Assembly (NCBI GenBank): GCA_030157655.1
Contig: JAOAUK010000005.1
Span: 20,895-84,894 of the forward strand
Source of the DNA: Polynucleobacter sp.
Lineage (GTDB): Bacteria; Pseudomonadota; Gammaproteobacteria; Burkholderiales; Burkholderiaceae
DNA: 64,000 nucleotides
Direction: 5' to 3'
Position 1 is the stretch's first letter. Every line of letters begins with the position of its first letter. The translations under genes and the position numbers were made by a program. Below the pieces are notes generated by a model. It ran no database searches and was not told where the DNA came from. It worked only from the letters and a program-made list of their open reading frames with translations. Below, in pieces: positions 30,585 to 40,025 of the stretch.

Positions 30585-31181
30585 ATGGAGACAACAATGG
30601 GAAAAATTAAGCGCGAAGAACTCTTAACATTAGAGGCTTATTACAAAGCGCGCCCAGAGATGCGTCAGCAAGCAATTGCGGAACGCAAAAAGCGAACTGT
30701 CATGTTGGGGGAGCATCTCAATATGATTTTCGAAAATAAATTCTTGATGCAGTATCAAATACAAGAAATGTTACGTGTTGAGAAAATCTTTGAAGATGAA
30801 GGTATTCAGGATGAAATGGATACCTACAATGCTCTAGTGCCGGATGGCACGAACTTCAAAGTAACCATGAAGTTGGAGTATGTGAATGAGGCGGATCGTA
30901 GGATTGCTTTGGCCAAACTCATCGGGGTTGAAGACCGCGTATTCGTTGAGGTAGAAGGTCAGCCTCGTGTGTATGCAATTGCTAACGAAGATCTTGATCG
31001 TAGTACGGCAGAAAAAACATCTTCTGTTCATTTCTTAAGATTTGAGTTGACTGAAGATATGAGAAAGTCATTAAAGGGTGGTGCACAAATGAAGGTGGGT
31101 TGTGATCACAAAGAATATCCATTCCATGTGGAATCTTTGCCTGCTGAAACATTGGCTTCATTCATTCAAGACTTGAATTAA
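30585..31181 (+). CDS. DUF3501-family protein (start 30585 or 30597)
   Basis: YQIQEMLRVE, KTSSVHFLRF; third gene of the rubrerythrin cluster. Confidence 0.85.
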   Translation: METTMGKIKREELLTLEAYYKARPEMRQQAIAERKKRTVMLGEHLNMIFENKFLMQYQIQEMLRVEKIFEDEGIQDEMDTYNALVPDGTNFKVTMKLEYVNEADRRIALAKLIGVEDRVFVEVEGQPRVYAIANEDLDRSTAEKTSSVHFLRFELTEDMRKSLKGGAQMKVGCDHKEYPFHVESLPAETLASFIQDLN

Positions 31182-31203
31182 GTATCAAAAATAACCATCC
31201 AAC

Positions 31204-31236
31204 ATAAATAATGCCGCTGATGCGGCATTATTTATT
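31204..31236. terminator. Bidirectional terminator
   Basis: ATAAATAATGCCGC-TGAT-GCGGCATTATTTAT between convergent genes. Confidence 0.75.
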
Positions 31237-31933
31237 TCCAGCCTAATTCTCGCTGAATGAACTTCTTTGCTTGTTCAGATTGTGGATGTTTGAAAAAGTT
31301 TTCTGTATTCGAAACTTCTAGGCATTGGCCATCTGCTAAGAAAACTACTTGATCAGATAGTGATTGCACTTGTCCCAGGTGGTGCGATGTAAATATCACG
31401 CCGCAACCATCCAACGCTAGATTTTTAATAATGCCTTCTACTTGCTCTGTGGTGCTAGGGTCCAGATTGGCTGTTGGTTCATCTAGCAAAATCACGTGAG
31501 GTCGTTGTAGTTTTGCGCGTGCCAAACTCAAGCGTTGGCGTTCTCCCGCAGACAACTTAATTGCGGACTGATTTTTTAGATGACTCAAACCTACCGATGC
31601 CAATGCTGCATCGATATCACTTTCGCTAATGCTTGATCCAGATGGACCATCTTTAACCATCGCTAGGTTGCTTCTGACACTCGCTTTGATGAGTGGTGTG
31701 TGATGGAGTACTAGGGCGGAGCCTAATTCTTGAAAGCCAGGTGAGTAACTACCTTCATCAGCTTCAATTAAGCCATGAAGTAGTTTTAATAAAGTTGTTT
31801 TTCCTGAGCCATTGGGCCCGATCACGGCGGTGATGCCTGTGGTTGGAATCCGTGCAGTAATAGAGAGTATTTGGCGTGATTCTCTACGAACGCTGATGTC
31901 ATGCAAGGTAATGATTGGTGATGTATTAACCAT
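31232..31933 (-). CDS. tupC: Tungstate ABC transporter ATP-binding subunit (likely start 31933)
   Basis: GPNGSGKTT, LSAGERQR, LLDEPTANLDP; overlaps tupB stop. Confidence 0.8.
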   Translation of the reverse strand: MVNTSPIITLHDISVRRESRQILSITARIPTTGITAVIGPNGSGKTTLLKLLHGLIEADEGSYSPGFQELGSALVLHHTPLIKASVRSNLAMVKDGPSGSSISESDIDAALASVGLSHLKNQSAIKLSAGERQRLSLARAKLQRPHVILLDEPTANLDPSTTEQVEGIIKNLALDGCGVIFTSHHLGQVQSLSDQVVFLADGQCLEVSNTENFFKHPQSEQAKKFIQRELGWK

Positions 31934-32621
31934 AGCGACGCTCGGCAATTGATTTAATGACTGATGTCATTAAATTGGCAAAAAGAACAACTCCTAATAG
32001 AACCATCCCAAGCGCTAGAGCAAGAGGCAAATCACCTTTGCTGGTTTCCAGTGCAATGGCAGTTGTCATTGTGCGTGTGGCGCGATCGATGTTGCCACCC
32101 ACAATCATTACTGCGCCCACCTCAGAAATAGCTCTGGCAAAACCAGCAAGTAAGGCAATAGATAAAGAGAAACGGCAATCCCACATTAGCCACTTTAGTT
32201 TTGCTAAAACTGGCAAGCGTAGTGCTGACATTGTTTCTCCATGGATACGCCATGCATCTTCAATCGTTTGTCGAGTAAGTGCCGCAATGAGAGGGGTTGT
32301 CAGAGCGGTTTGCGCCAGGATCATGCCCTTGGGTGTAAATAACCAATTCAACTCGCCAAGTGGCCCTGTGCGTGACAGTAAGAGATAAATAATCACACCT
32401 ACTATCACTGTAGGAACACCCATTAAGCTATTTAAAACAACAACAATGCCTTGTCTGCCTGGAAAATTTTTGATGGCAATCAGTGCACCCAGTGGCATGC
32501 CTAAAATGCAGCCAATCAGTAGGGCGGTGATGCTGACTTGTAAAGAGACGTAAACGATCCCCAATAAATTGGTATCGAGTACACCTAATAATTGGAAGGC
32601 ATCGCTAAAGGCTGACAACAT
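31926..32621 (-). CDS. tupB: Tungstate ABC transporter permease
   Basis: LLSRTGPLG, RAISEVGAVMIVGGNI..TRTMTTAIALETSKG. Confidence 0.88.
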   Translation of the reverse strand: MLSAFSDAFQLLGVLDTNLLGIVYVSLQVSITALLIGCILGMPLGALIAIKNFPGRQGIVVVLNSLMGVPTVIVGVIIYLLLSRTGPLGELNWLFTPKGMILAQTALTTPLIAALTRQTIEDAWRIHGETMSALRLPVLAKLKWLMWDCRFSLSIALLAGFARAISEVGAVMIVGGNIDRATRTMTTAIALETSKGDLPLALALGMVLLGVVLFANLMTSVIKSIAERRYG

Positions 32622-32696
32622 CGCGATAGCTTAATGGTTTTTTTAGTCCCGCACTATAGCGGGACTAAAAGAATGAATAATATTTAAAAATGCTAA

Positions 32697-33515
32697 TTAT
32701 TTAGCGTTAGGGAAGAACAGTTGCTCGCCACCTACCTTGTAGCTAGCAATCGTTGCTTGGCCTTCTTTGGAAACGATCCAATCAATGAAAGCTTGACCTT
32801 CTGTATGCTTCACATGCGAGTGTTTGCGTGGGCTAACTAGCATCACGCCATACTGATTGAATAATTTAGGGTCACCCTGAACTAAGATCGTTAGATCACC
32901 ACGATTTTTAAAGCTTAACCAGGTGGCGCGGTCTGACAAAATATAGCCATTCATGCCAGATGCTGTGTTTAAAGCTGGACCCATACCAGAGCCTGTTTCT
33001 TTGTACCAAGCTTGTGCGGCTGATGCTTCAACGCCAGCACCTTTCCAGTAGCGTAGTTCTGCAGCATGTGTGCCACTTTTATCGCCACGAGAGACGAAAG
33101 CAGATTTGCTGTCAGCGATTTTCTTCAAAGCTGCCTGAATATCTTTGCCGCCATTAATTTTGGCCGGATCAGCTTTAGGCCCAATTAATACGAAATCGTT
33201 GTACATCACTTCAATGCGCTTTGGCGCAAAGCCTTCGCTAACAAACTTTTCCTCGGCTACTTTGTCGTGCACGAACACCACATCAGCATCACCGCGGCGA
33301 CCAATATCTAATGCCTGACCAGTGCCGACAGCCACAACTTTGACCTGAATACCTGTTTTGCTTTCAAAAACAGGTAGCAAGTGCTTGAATAACCCTGATT
33401 GTTCAGTGGATGTTGTAGAAGAAACCACAATGCTCTTTTGTGCATTTGCCAAGCTAATGTCAGAAAAAGCAAAAACGGCTAAAACGCTTAGTCTCAAAAC
33501 GGAACGTCGTTTCAT
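32697..33515 (-). CDS. tupA: Tungstate-binding periplasmic protein
   Basis: Signal peptide, STTST..SGL, VGTGQAL, SRGDKSGTH. Confidence 0.88.
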   Translation of the reverse strand: MKRRSVLRLSVLAVFAFSDISLANAQKSIVVSSTTSTEQSGLFKHLLPVFESKTGIQVKVVAVGTGQALDIGRRGDADVVFVHDKVAEEKFVSEGFAPKRIEVMYNDFVLIGPKADPAKINGGKDIQAALKKIADSKSAFVSRGDKSGTHAAELRYWKGAGVEASAAQAWYKETGSGMGPALNTASGMNGYILSDRATWLSFKNRGDLTILVQGDPKLFNQYGVMLVSPRKHSHVKHTEGQAFIDWIVSKEGQATIASYKVGGEQLFFPNAK

Positions 33516-33569
33516 ATTGTCTCCAAAGTAAATATGGCTATATCATCAACAATCATTTAAACATTATCA

Positions 33570-33589
33570 ATATGTAAATAATTTCATAT
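33570..33589. promoter_or_regulatory. ATATG-N10-CATAT palindromic operator overlapping regulator start codon
   Basis: ATATG TAAATAATTT CATAT; resembles the ATANG-N10-CNTAT site recalled for FdsR-type regulators. Confidence 0.55.
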
Positions 33590-34601
33590 GCAAATTAAGA
33601 TTAAGCCGAGTGTTCATATCCATAAAAAGCACCAACGCCTAGGGGAGTCGGTTGATTTGAGTTGGGTAGCAGGTCTATTGAGGGGGGTGCAGGACGGGCG
33701 CTCTTTGCAATCGGCTGCCGAAATCATGGATATGTCATACAGAACACTCTGGAATCGCTTAAAGGCTGCAGAGAAAGCTTTGGATTGTCGTTTGCTGATG
33801 AGCGTGAAGGGCCATGGTTCAACACTGACAACCGCCGCAAGCACTTTGTTAGAAATTGTTGATGAGGTTGAAAAAGAATTTAAGAGTGTTAGTAAAGAGC
33901 AAGAAAAGCGCTTACAAGCAAGGTTAGAGCATCTGAATGATGATGATCATAAGAAGTGGTTGTTGTGCGCTAGTAATGACCCAATTCTTGAAGATGCTGT
34001 GAATGATCTAAATGCCTTCGAGTTGAGAACCATGGGTTCAGGTCAATCTTTGGAGCGTTTACTATCAGCTGACGCTGACTTGGCTGGTTTTCATGTGCCG
34101 GATGACGATAGCATCACTGCTGTCAGACAAAGATTGGCGTCTGAAGGTGTTCAGGCATACCCTGTGATGAGAAGAACTCAGGGTTTAATTGTGGCCAAAG
34201 GCAATCCTCTAGGTATTAAGCATTTGAAGGATTTGGCTAGACCAGAAGTGAGATTTATTAATAGGCAACGTGGTGCAGGTACACGTTTATTGCTAGATAA
34301 ATTGCTAGATGCTCAAGGTGTGGCTGCGCAGAAAATCAAAGGTTACCAACGAGAAGAATTTACGCATACTGCTATTGCAACAGCTATTCTTGCAGATACT
34401 GCTGATGTGGGTTTTGGCTTAAAGAGTGTGGCGATTGAGTACGGTCTAGGCTTTATTCCGTTAGGTGATGAAACCTATTTCTTGGCGATGTCACCACAAA
34501 TGATCAAGCGCAGTGCCGTGAGTGAATTGATTCGAAAAATCAGAGCTGCTGCTGGATCTAAGCCTGGCTATCAGGAAGTCAAGTTAAGGCAAAAGAAATA
34601 G
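33588..34601 (+). CDS. ModE-type HTH + periplasmic-binding-protein-like domain regulator (FdsR-like)
   Basis: SLQSAA..M.MSYRTLW HTH, GS..SL..L....DLAGFH, FINRQRGAGTR. Confidence 0.85.
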   Translation: MQIKIKPSVHIHKKHQRLGESVDLSWVAGLLRGVQDGRSLQSAAEIMDMSYRTLWNRLKAAEKALDCRLLMSVKGHGSTLTTAASTLLEIVDEVEKEFKSVSKEQEKRLQARLEHLNDDDHKKWLLCASNDPILEDAVNDLNAFELRTMGSGQSLERLLSADADLAGFHVPDDDSITAVRQRLASEGVQAYPVMRRTQGLIVAKGNPLGIKHLKDLARPEVRFINRQRGAGTRLLLDKLLDAQGVAAQKIKGYQREEFTHTAIATAILADTADVGFGLKSVAIEYGLGFIPLGDETYFLAMSPQMIKRSAVSELIRKIRAAAGSKPGYQEVKLRQKK

Positions 34602-34628
34602 AAATAAGTAAAAGAAGAAAAATACTGC

Positions 34629-36053
34629 TTAAGTTCTAACAATGTGTACGCTGCAGTGAGCTTCTTCAACAATTTTTGTCATAGAAGTTCTCCAAGGCGC
34701 CACCTTATTTGGAATCTTATGAGATGCGCCAATCATGATCATGTAGGCATTGTTGTCATTAGCAAATTCAACAATGCGTGAGGCTGGGTCGAGAGCTTCT
34801 AATACATGGAATGACACTCGCTCTGTGGCCATCTTGAGTGGTTTGGCCCACTCCATTAACTGCACTAAGTGACTGCGCACAATACCTGAGGCTGTTTCTG
34901 ATTCTTTATTGCCTTCAAATGTCGGCGTTCCTGAAATGGTGCTTAAACAAATTAAGCGACTTTCTGGGTAAGCTTGCAACAAACGTTTTGCGGAATTTTG
35001 CATGCGTTCACGCAATACTTCATCGTGTTGTCTGGTGTCGATGGCCACAATCAATACAGGAGCATTGTCTTCTGCAGCGCTTGGGCGTGGGCACTCCGAG
35101 GGTTGGTAGCCTGCAGCTTTAAACCAACGCTTCATATTGTCCCAGGCGCTATTGGGGTAAATCTTTTCTGCGCGGTGGGTTAGCTGAATACTTTGCGGGT
35201 TTTTTAGGATATGTCCTAAGCGCTTAGCACTTTGGTAACGATCATCTGCTAATGGTTCTAGGCAGCGCAACACAACTTCTTGCAACCATGGTGGAATTTC
35301 TTTACGGATGGCGCGCGGAGGGAGTGGTTCACTCCACATTCTTTTCTTTAAGCCACTCACTGTGCCTGGGCATCCAAATGGGTATTCACCTGTGAGCATT
35401 TCATACAGCATTGCCCCAATAGCAAAAATATCACTTCGCCAATCATTGCGTATCCCCATCACCTGTTCGGGAGAGATGTAGGGGGCAGAACCAATCCCTT
35501 TGTACATCGCCTCTACAAGTAAGTCTGGATAGCGAGCATGATGAGCTAGACCAAAGTCAATCAAGGCAATTTGATTGTCGGGTCTTACCAAAATATTTTC
35601 AGGTTTGATGTCTAGATGGATAACGTCTTGGGCGTGCAAGGTGGCAATAGCAGTTGCCACGTTAGAAACAATCTGAATTGTTTTTTCAATATCGCTTAAC
35701 CGACCACCATCTTCTTTGATGAGCTTATCTAGAGGAACACCTTCTAAATGTTCCATGGCAATGTATGGTTTTTTGGCCATATTGCCAGTGCCTGCCACTC
35801 TAGGAACATAAGGGCTATTGATGGCCTTCATGATGTTCAATTCAGTTTCAAAGCCAATTAAGCTTTCAACTGGTTGATCACGGCCTACACGAGGAACTTT
35901 GACAAGGATCGGGTATTCAATACCTTCTTTGGTGGCTTGATATAAAACTGCCATGCCACCTTGATGGATTCGCTCGCCAATCAAAAATCCATCGACTTCA
36001 TTACCTTCTTGGAATATTTCGCGGATGGACTCTAGGTCTTTATTGATTGGCAT
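34629..36053 (-). CDS. Hanks-type Ser/Thr protein kinase fused to C-terminal universal stress protein domain
   Basis: QGGMA, VKVP, HLDIKPEN, DFG, YISPEQ, SDIFAIG; C-terminal MIGAS...IVEEAHCSVHIVR USP end. Confidence 0.9.
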   Translation of the reverse strand: MPINKDLESIREIFQEGNEVDGFLIGERIHQGGMAVLYQATKEGIEYPILVKVPRVGRDQPVESLIGFETELNIMKAINSPYVPRVAGTGNMAKKPYIAMEHLEGVPLDKLIKEDGGRLSDIEKTIQIVSNVATAIATLHAQDVIHLDIKPENILVRPDNQIALIDFGLAHHARYPDLLVEAMYKGIGSAPYISPEQVMGIRNDWRSDIFAIGAMLYEMLTGEYPFGCPGTVSGLKKRMWSEPLPPRAIRKEIPPWLQEVVLRCLEPLADDRYQSAKRLGHILKNPQSIQLTHRAEKIYPNSAWDNMKRWFKAAGYQPSECPRPSAAEDNAPVLIVAIDTRQHDEVLRERMQNSAKRLLQAYPESRLICLSTISGTPTFEGNKESETASGIVRSHLVQLMEWAKPLKMATERVSFHVLEALDPASRIVEFANDNNAYMIMIGASHKIPNKVAPWRTSMTKIVEEAHCSVHIVRT

Positions 36054-36069
36054 TTGAACGGTAGTTGAA

Positions 36070-36828
36070 TTATTTTCCAGTTAAAAGGCGATTGGCTAGT
36101 TCCGCAGGTAGGCCTGCTTTATGAACTTTTTCGGCTGCTTTGTACTGGTCGTAGTCTATGCGATTAAACGTAATAACTTCTTGATCTGGTTCAAATAATG
36201 CGTAATTGGCCGCTGGGTTGCCGTCACGGGGTTGCCCTAATGATCCTGTGACGGTGACCCATTTTCTGTGTTTTGGCATGGGCATTACTTCACCATCACC
36301 TGGTTGAAAGCGGATTAACTTGCCCACAGCACTTTGATAGTAAACAGTCGGTTCATGAACGTGACCAACAAATGTATACGCTGTGCCAGCAGCTTCAGAG
36401 CAATGCCAAGCAGCTAGACCGTCATGGATGTAACCCCATTTGTGAGGGTTTGATGCATTGGCATGCACATATGAAATATCTTCATCTTTAACAATCAAAG
36501 GCAGACTTTTTAAAAAGGCCACATGATCATCACTGAGTTGCTCTCGAGTCCATTGAATGGCTGCCCAAGCATTTGCATTCATGCGGGTAGAGTGATCTGT
36601 GAAAACAGCCTCATCATGATTGCCTAGTACCGCAATGGCTTTTTTCTTATCAATTAACTCTGCAACTTTTTCAATAATGGCAACAGGGTCAGCGTTGTAA
36701 CCTACAAGGTCGCCTAAAAAAACAAATTGATCGGCGCCATGATGCTCAGCATGCTCAATGCATGCCTCAAAGGCTTCTAGGTTGCTATGTATATCGGCAA
36801 AGAGAGCTATTCTGCGTTCGGAAGACAT
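36070..36828 (-). CDS. Calcineurin-like metallophosphoesterase
   Basis: DIHSN, GDLVGY, GNHD, GHVH, GSLGQPRDG. Confidence 0.92.
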   Translation of the reverse strand: MSSERRIALFADIHSNLEAFEACIEHAEHHGADQFVFLGDLVGYNADPVAIIEKVAELIDKKKAIAVLGNHDEAVFTDHSTRMNANAWAAIQWTREQLSDDHVAFLKSLPLIVKDEDISYVHANASNPHKWGYIHDGLAAWHCSEAAGTAYTFVGHVHEPTVYYQSAVGKLIRFQPGDGEVMPMPKHRKWVTVTGSLGQPRDGNPAANYALFEPDQEVITFNRIDYDQYKAAEKVHKAGLPAELANRLLTGK

Positions 36829-36929
36829 TTTTTAATAATAGGTTATCTAGACTTCTATTTTCTGACAAAAATGTGCGATTTTCGAGCGATTCGCTAAAAA
36901 GAACGCTAAATCATATAAAATCACTAACT

Positions 36930-37307
36930 ATGGGAATTTCTATCAAACGTCACTTGATTCATTGGATGGCCATTTTGGCTATTCTGATGGGAGCATTGGC
37001 GCCATCGATTTCCCAAGCAATTTCAGTGGCTGATACTGGTAAAGGTATTTCTGTAGAGGTTTGTACAACTTCTGGCGTCAAAATGACCCAGGTGATTGAT
37101 GCAAGCAGCTCAGATGACCAACAAGTGGCCAACGAGCATTGCCCATTTTGCTTAGTTCATGGTGCTTACGTGTTACCTATTAATAACACGCTCAATCATG
37201 CTGAACCACAAGCAAGCAACATCTATCCTCAGCTTTTCTATAAGTCACCTAAGCCATTATTTTCTTGGGTTGCACTTCCTTCTAGAGCACCTCCAACACT
37301 CGCTTAA
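36930..37307 (+). CDS. DUF2946 (CruR/CutF-like) protein; probable true start 36930
   Basis: N-terminal signal/TM, EVCT, HCPFC (CXXC), C-terminal PSRAPP. Confidence 0.85.
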   Translation: MGISIKRHLIHWMAILAILMGALAPSISQAISVADTGKGISVEVCTTSGVKMTQVIDASSSDDQQVANEHCPFCLVHGAYVLPINNTLNHAEPQASNIYPQLFYKSPKPLFSWVALPSRAPPTLA

Positions 37308-37389
37308 TTCTTAAGGTCGACAACTAGCAATAGTTGCTCGGTATGGGAATGCGCTTGCGCATTCAAACAAGATGAATAGCGAGTAAGTC

Positions 37390-37968
37390 ATGGAAAAGAT
37401 TATTAGTTACAAAGCAGGTGATTTAATTTATAAGTCTGGCCAAACTGGCCCAGCATATAAAGTCGTAGCTGGAACAGTCAGGCTTGATCATGCACAAGCA
37501 AGTCATAAATCAGTATTTGCAAATTTAGCAATTGCTGGAGACTTGGTTGGTGCGGAAGTTCTTCTGCGTAAGCCTTATGCATTTGATGCCCATGCTTTAA
37601 CTGATTGTGAGATTGGTGTTTGGCAAGAATCAACGATTCTTTTGGCTGATGCCTTGGCGGAACAGTTAATCAAATCAAGCTGGCGCCAATCTGATGTTGT
37701 ATCGCTTAGATGCGGTATGGCCATGGAGCGAATTCTGAAGTTTGTTCAGTTGCTAAGCCATAAGAGTGCAACGGAGAAAACGGAGAACTTGGCTTTGCCG
37801 CCGCTTAAAGAAACTGCAGATATCACTGATCTAACTATTGAAACAGTCTGCCGTTGTATTGCCAGTCTCAGAAAGCAGGGCGTTTTAGTTCCAGTGCAAG
37901 GCGCCAGAGGCAATCTTAGAAACCAATTCACGGTATCAATGGAATCGATGCAAGCCATTGCTGCTTAA
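37390..37968 (+). CDS. Crp/Fnr-family transcriptional regulator
   Basis: cNMP-binding-like beta roll (GDLVGAE, AHALTDC), HTH ADITDLTIETVCR. Confidence 0.85.
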   Translation: MEKIISYKAGDLIYKSGQTGPAYKVVAGTVRLDHAQASHKSVFANLAIAGDLVGAEVLLRKPYAFDAHALTDCEIGVWQESTILLADALAEQLIKSSWRQSDVVSLRCGMAMERILKFVQLLSHKSATEKTENLALPPLKETADITDLTIETVCRCIASLRKQGVLVPVQGARGNLRNQFTVSMESMQAIAA

Positions 37969-38015
37969 CCAAAACAACGAAAACACACAACATTATTTTT
38001 AACAGGAAGAAGTCA

Positions 38016-40004
38016 ATGAAAAAAACTTACTTAACTCTCTCCCCAATCGCGCTAGTGACAACACTCATGATGTCTCAAGCTTATGCTGACCATACAGTTC
38101 TACATGATGTGGTTGTAACTGCTACACCAATGACATCGCCATTTTTAATTGAGACAGATCCGAAGCAGCCTAGACAGCCTCTCCCAGCTCATGATGGTGC
38201 CGATTATCTAAAAACAATTCCTGGTTTCACGGTTATGCGTAAGGGCGGTACGGATGGCGAGGCAATTTTTAGGGGTATGGCTGGTTCACGCCTAAATATT
38301 TTGGTAGATGATCAAAACGTCGTGGGCGGTTGCAATATGCGGATGGATGCTCCAACTGCATATATTTTTCCAGAAGCTTATGACAAGTTAACTGTTATTA
38401 AAGGCCCACAAACTGTTGAGTATGCAAATATGGGTTCTGCTGCAACAATTAAGTTTGATAGAGAGCCTAAAAAATATGAGAAACAATCATCAAGCCTATT
38501 TGCAAGTGGCTTGGTAGGTAGTTTTGGTCGTCATGACGAAATAGTACAGGCAGATACTGGTAATGAAAAATTCTTTGCGGAAGTTGTTGGAACTAATAGT
38601 CAACAGAATAACTATAAAGATGGTAGCGGAAATACTTATCATTCAGCGTATCACCGTTGGAGCACAAATGCTGCAGTGGGTTTAACTCCAGATAATCACA
38701 CTCGTGTTGAGTTATCTGCCTCAATTAGTGATGGCTGGGCAAAATACGCTGACCGTATGATGGATGGTAGAAAATTTTTACGTGAAAACGTAGCTTTAAA
38801 AGCTGAAAAGAAACATATTTCTGAATTGGTTGAATCAATTGGATTTCAAATTTCTAGAAATAGTGTTGATCACATCATGGATCAAACTACCTTTAGAAAT
38901 AATATGATGTCATTCATGGCTCCAGAAGCTCGCGTTGACCATCTTTCGACTCAAGCGCGCCTATTTAGCGTATTTAATTTGGGATCAAAAAATAAACTGA
39001 AGCTTGGTGCTGATTACAGTGAAGCGACTCATAGCGCTGAGACTTGGGCTAGTACTGGTGGTATTTGGTCTAAAACAGCAGGCTTGACAGATAATTCTAA
39101 ATTTAAATCTTATGGTGTGTTTGGTGAGTTAACTCATCAACACAATGAATCCTCAAAGGTTGTTTCTGGTTTACGTCATGATTGGGCGAATGCAGATTTT
39201 TATGGATCAAGTAATAAAGAAAGATCTGATGGTTTGACATCTGGTTTTGCGAGATATGAAGTTAAGTATGCGGGCAACATGTCTTCATATATTGGCTTAG
39301 GGCATTCCGAAAGGTCCCCTGATTATTGGGAGGTGGTTGGGTCTAGTACTGCATCTGGCGAATGGTTCAATTCAACTAAAAAAGAGAAAACAAATCAACT
39401 AGACATTGGTCAAATCTATAAAACTGATCGCCAAAGTATTGCTGCATCAGTTTTCTATAACAAGATTAACGACTTTATTTTGTTGGGCTATAGCAGTGGC
39501 ATGATTAGCAGTGTATCGAATATTGATGGTCACACTTATGGCGCTGAACTATCTTATTCTCGAAATGTAAATGACCAAATTAAAATTATCACTGCCATTA
39601 GTCATGTGCGTGGTAAGGATGAAACAAATAACAGGTCACTGCCACAGTTACCTCCTCTAGAGGGGCGACTAGGGGTTTCTTATGATGATAAAAAATGGTC
39701 TGCAGGAGCCTTGGCAAGATTTGCGGCATCACAGAGTCGTTATGTTGCCAACTATGGAAATATTGCTGGTTATGACTTATCTTCACCAACTGGTGGATTT
39801 GCGGTCTACTCATTAAATGCTGGCTATGTAGTCGATAAAAAAACCAAAATTAATTTTGGTGTAGATAATATTTTTGATAAAACATATGCAGAATTTATCA
39901 GCAGAACTGGGTCTAGTGGTGGTGCGCCAGTTAACCCAGCAACAACCCGCGTTAACGAACCAGGTCGTACAGCTTGGTTAAAAGCAACTATCGCTTTAGA
40001 TTAA
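38016..40004 (+). CDS. TonB-dependent copper receptor (OprC/NosA-like)
   Basis: DPKQPRQPLPAHDGADYLKTIPGF, CNMRM (CxxxM) and DHIM (HxM) copper ligands, EPGRTAW end. Confidence 0.92.
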   Translation: MKKTYLTLSPIALVTTLMMSQAYADHTVLHDVVVTATPMTSPFLIETDPKQPRQPLPAHDGADYLKTIPGFTVMRKGGTDGEAIFRGMAGSRLNILVDDQNVVGGCNMRMDAPTAYIFPEAYDKLTVIKGPQTVEYANMGSAATIKFDREPKKYEKQSSSLFASGLVGSFGRHDEIVQADTGNEKFFAEVVGTNSQQNNYKDGSGNTYHSAYHRWSTNAAVGLTPDNHTRVELSASISDGWAKYADRMMDGRKFLRENVALKAEKKHISELVESIGFQISRNSVDHIMDQTTFRNNMMSFMAPEARVDHLSTQARLFSVFNLGSKNKLKLGADYSEATHSAETWASTGGIWSKTAGLTDNSKFKSYGVFGELTHQHNESSKVVSGLRHDWANADFYGSSNKERSDGLTSGFARYEVKYAGNMSSYIGLGHSERSPDYWEVVGSSTASGEWFNSTKKEKTNQLDIGQIYKTDRQSIAASVFYNKINDFILLGYSSGMISSVSNIDGHTYGAELSYSRNVNDQIKIITAISHVRGKDETNNRSLPQLPPLEGRLGVSYDDKKWSAGALARFAASQSRYVANYGNIAGYDLSSPTGGFAVYSLNAGYVVDKKTKINFGVDNIFDKTYAEFISRTGSSGGAPVNPATTRVNEPGRTAWLKATIALD

Positions 40005-40025
40005 TTCTAAGTAAAAAGGATTCGC

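Noticed and set aside
36762-36929. N-terminal extension of the DUF2946 ORF in the ORF track
   Set aside because: Overlaps the divergent phosphoesterase gene; the signal peptide and a TAAAAT -10 element fit ATG 36930
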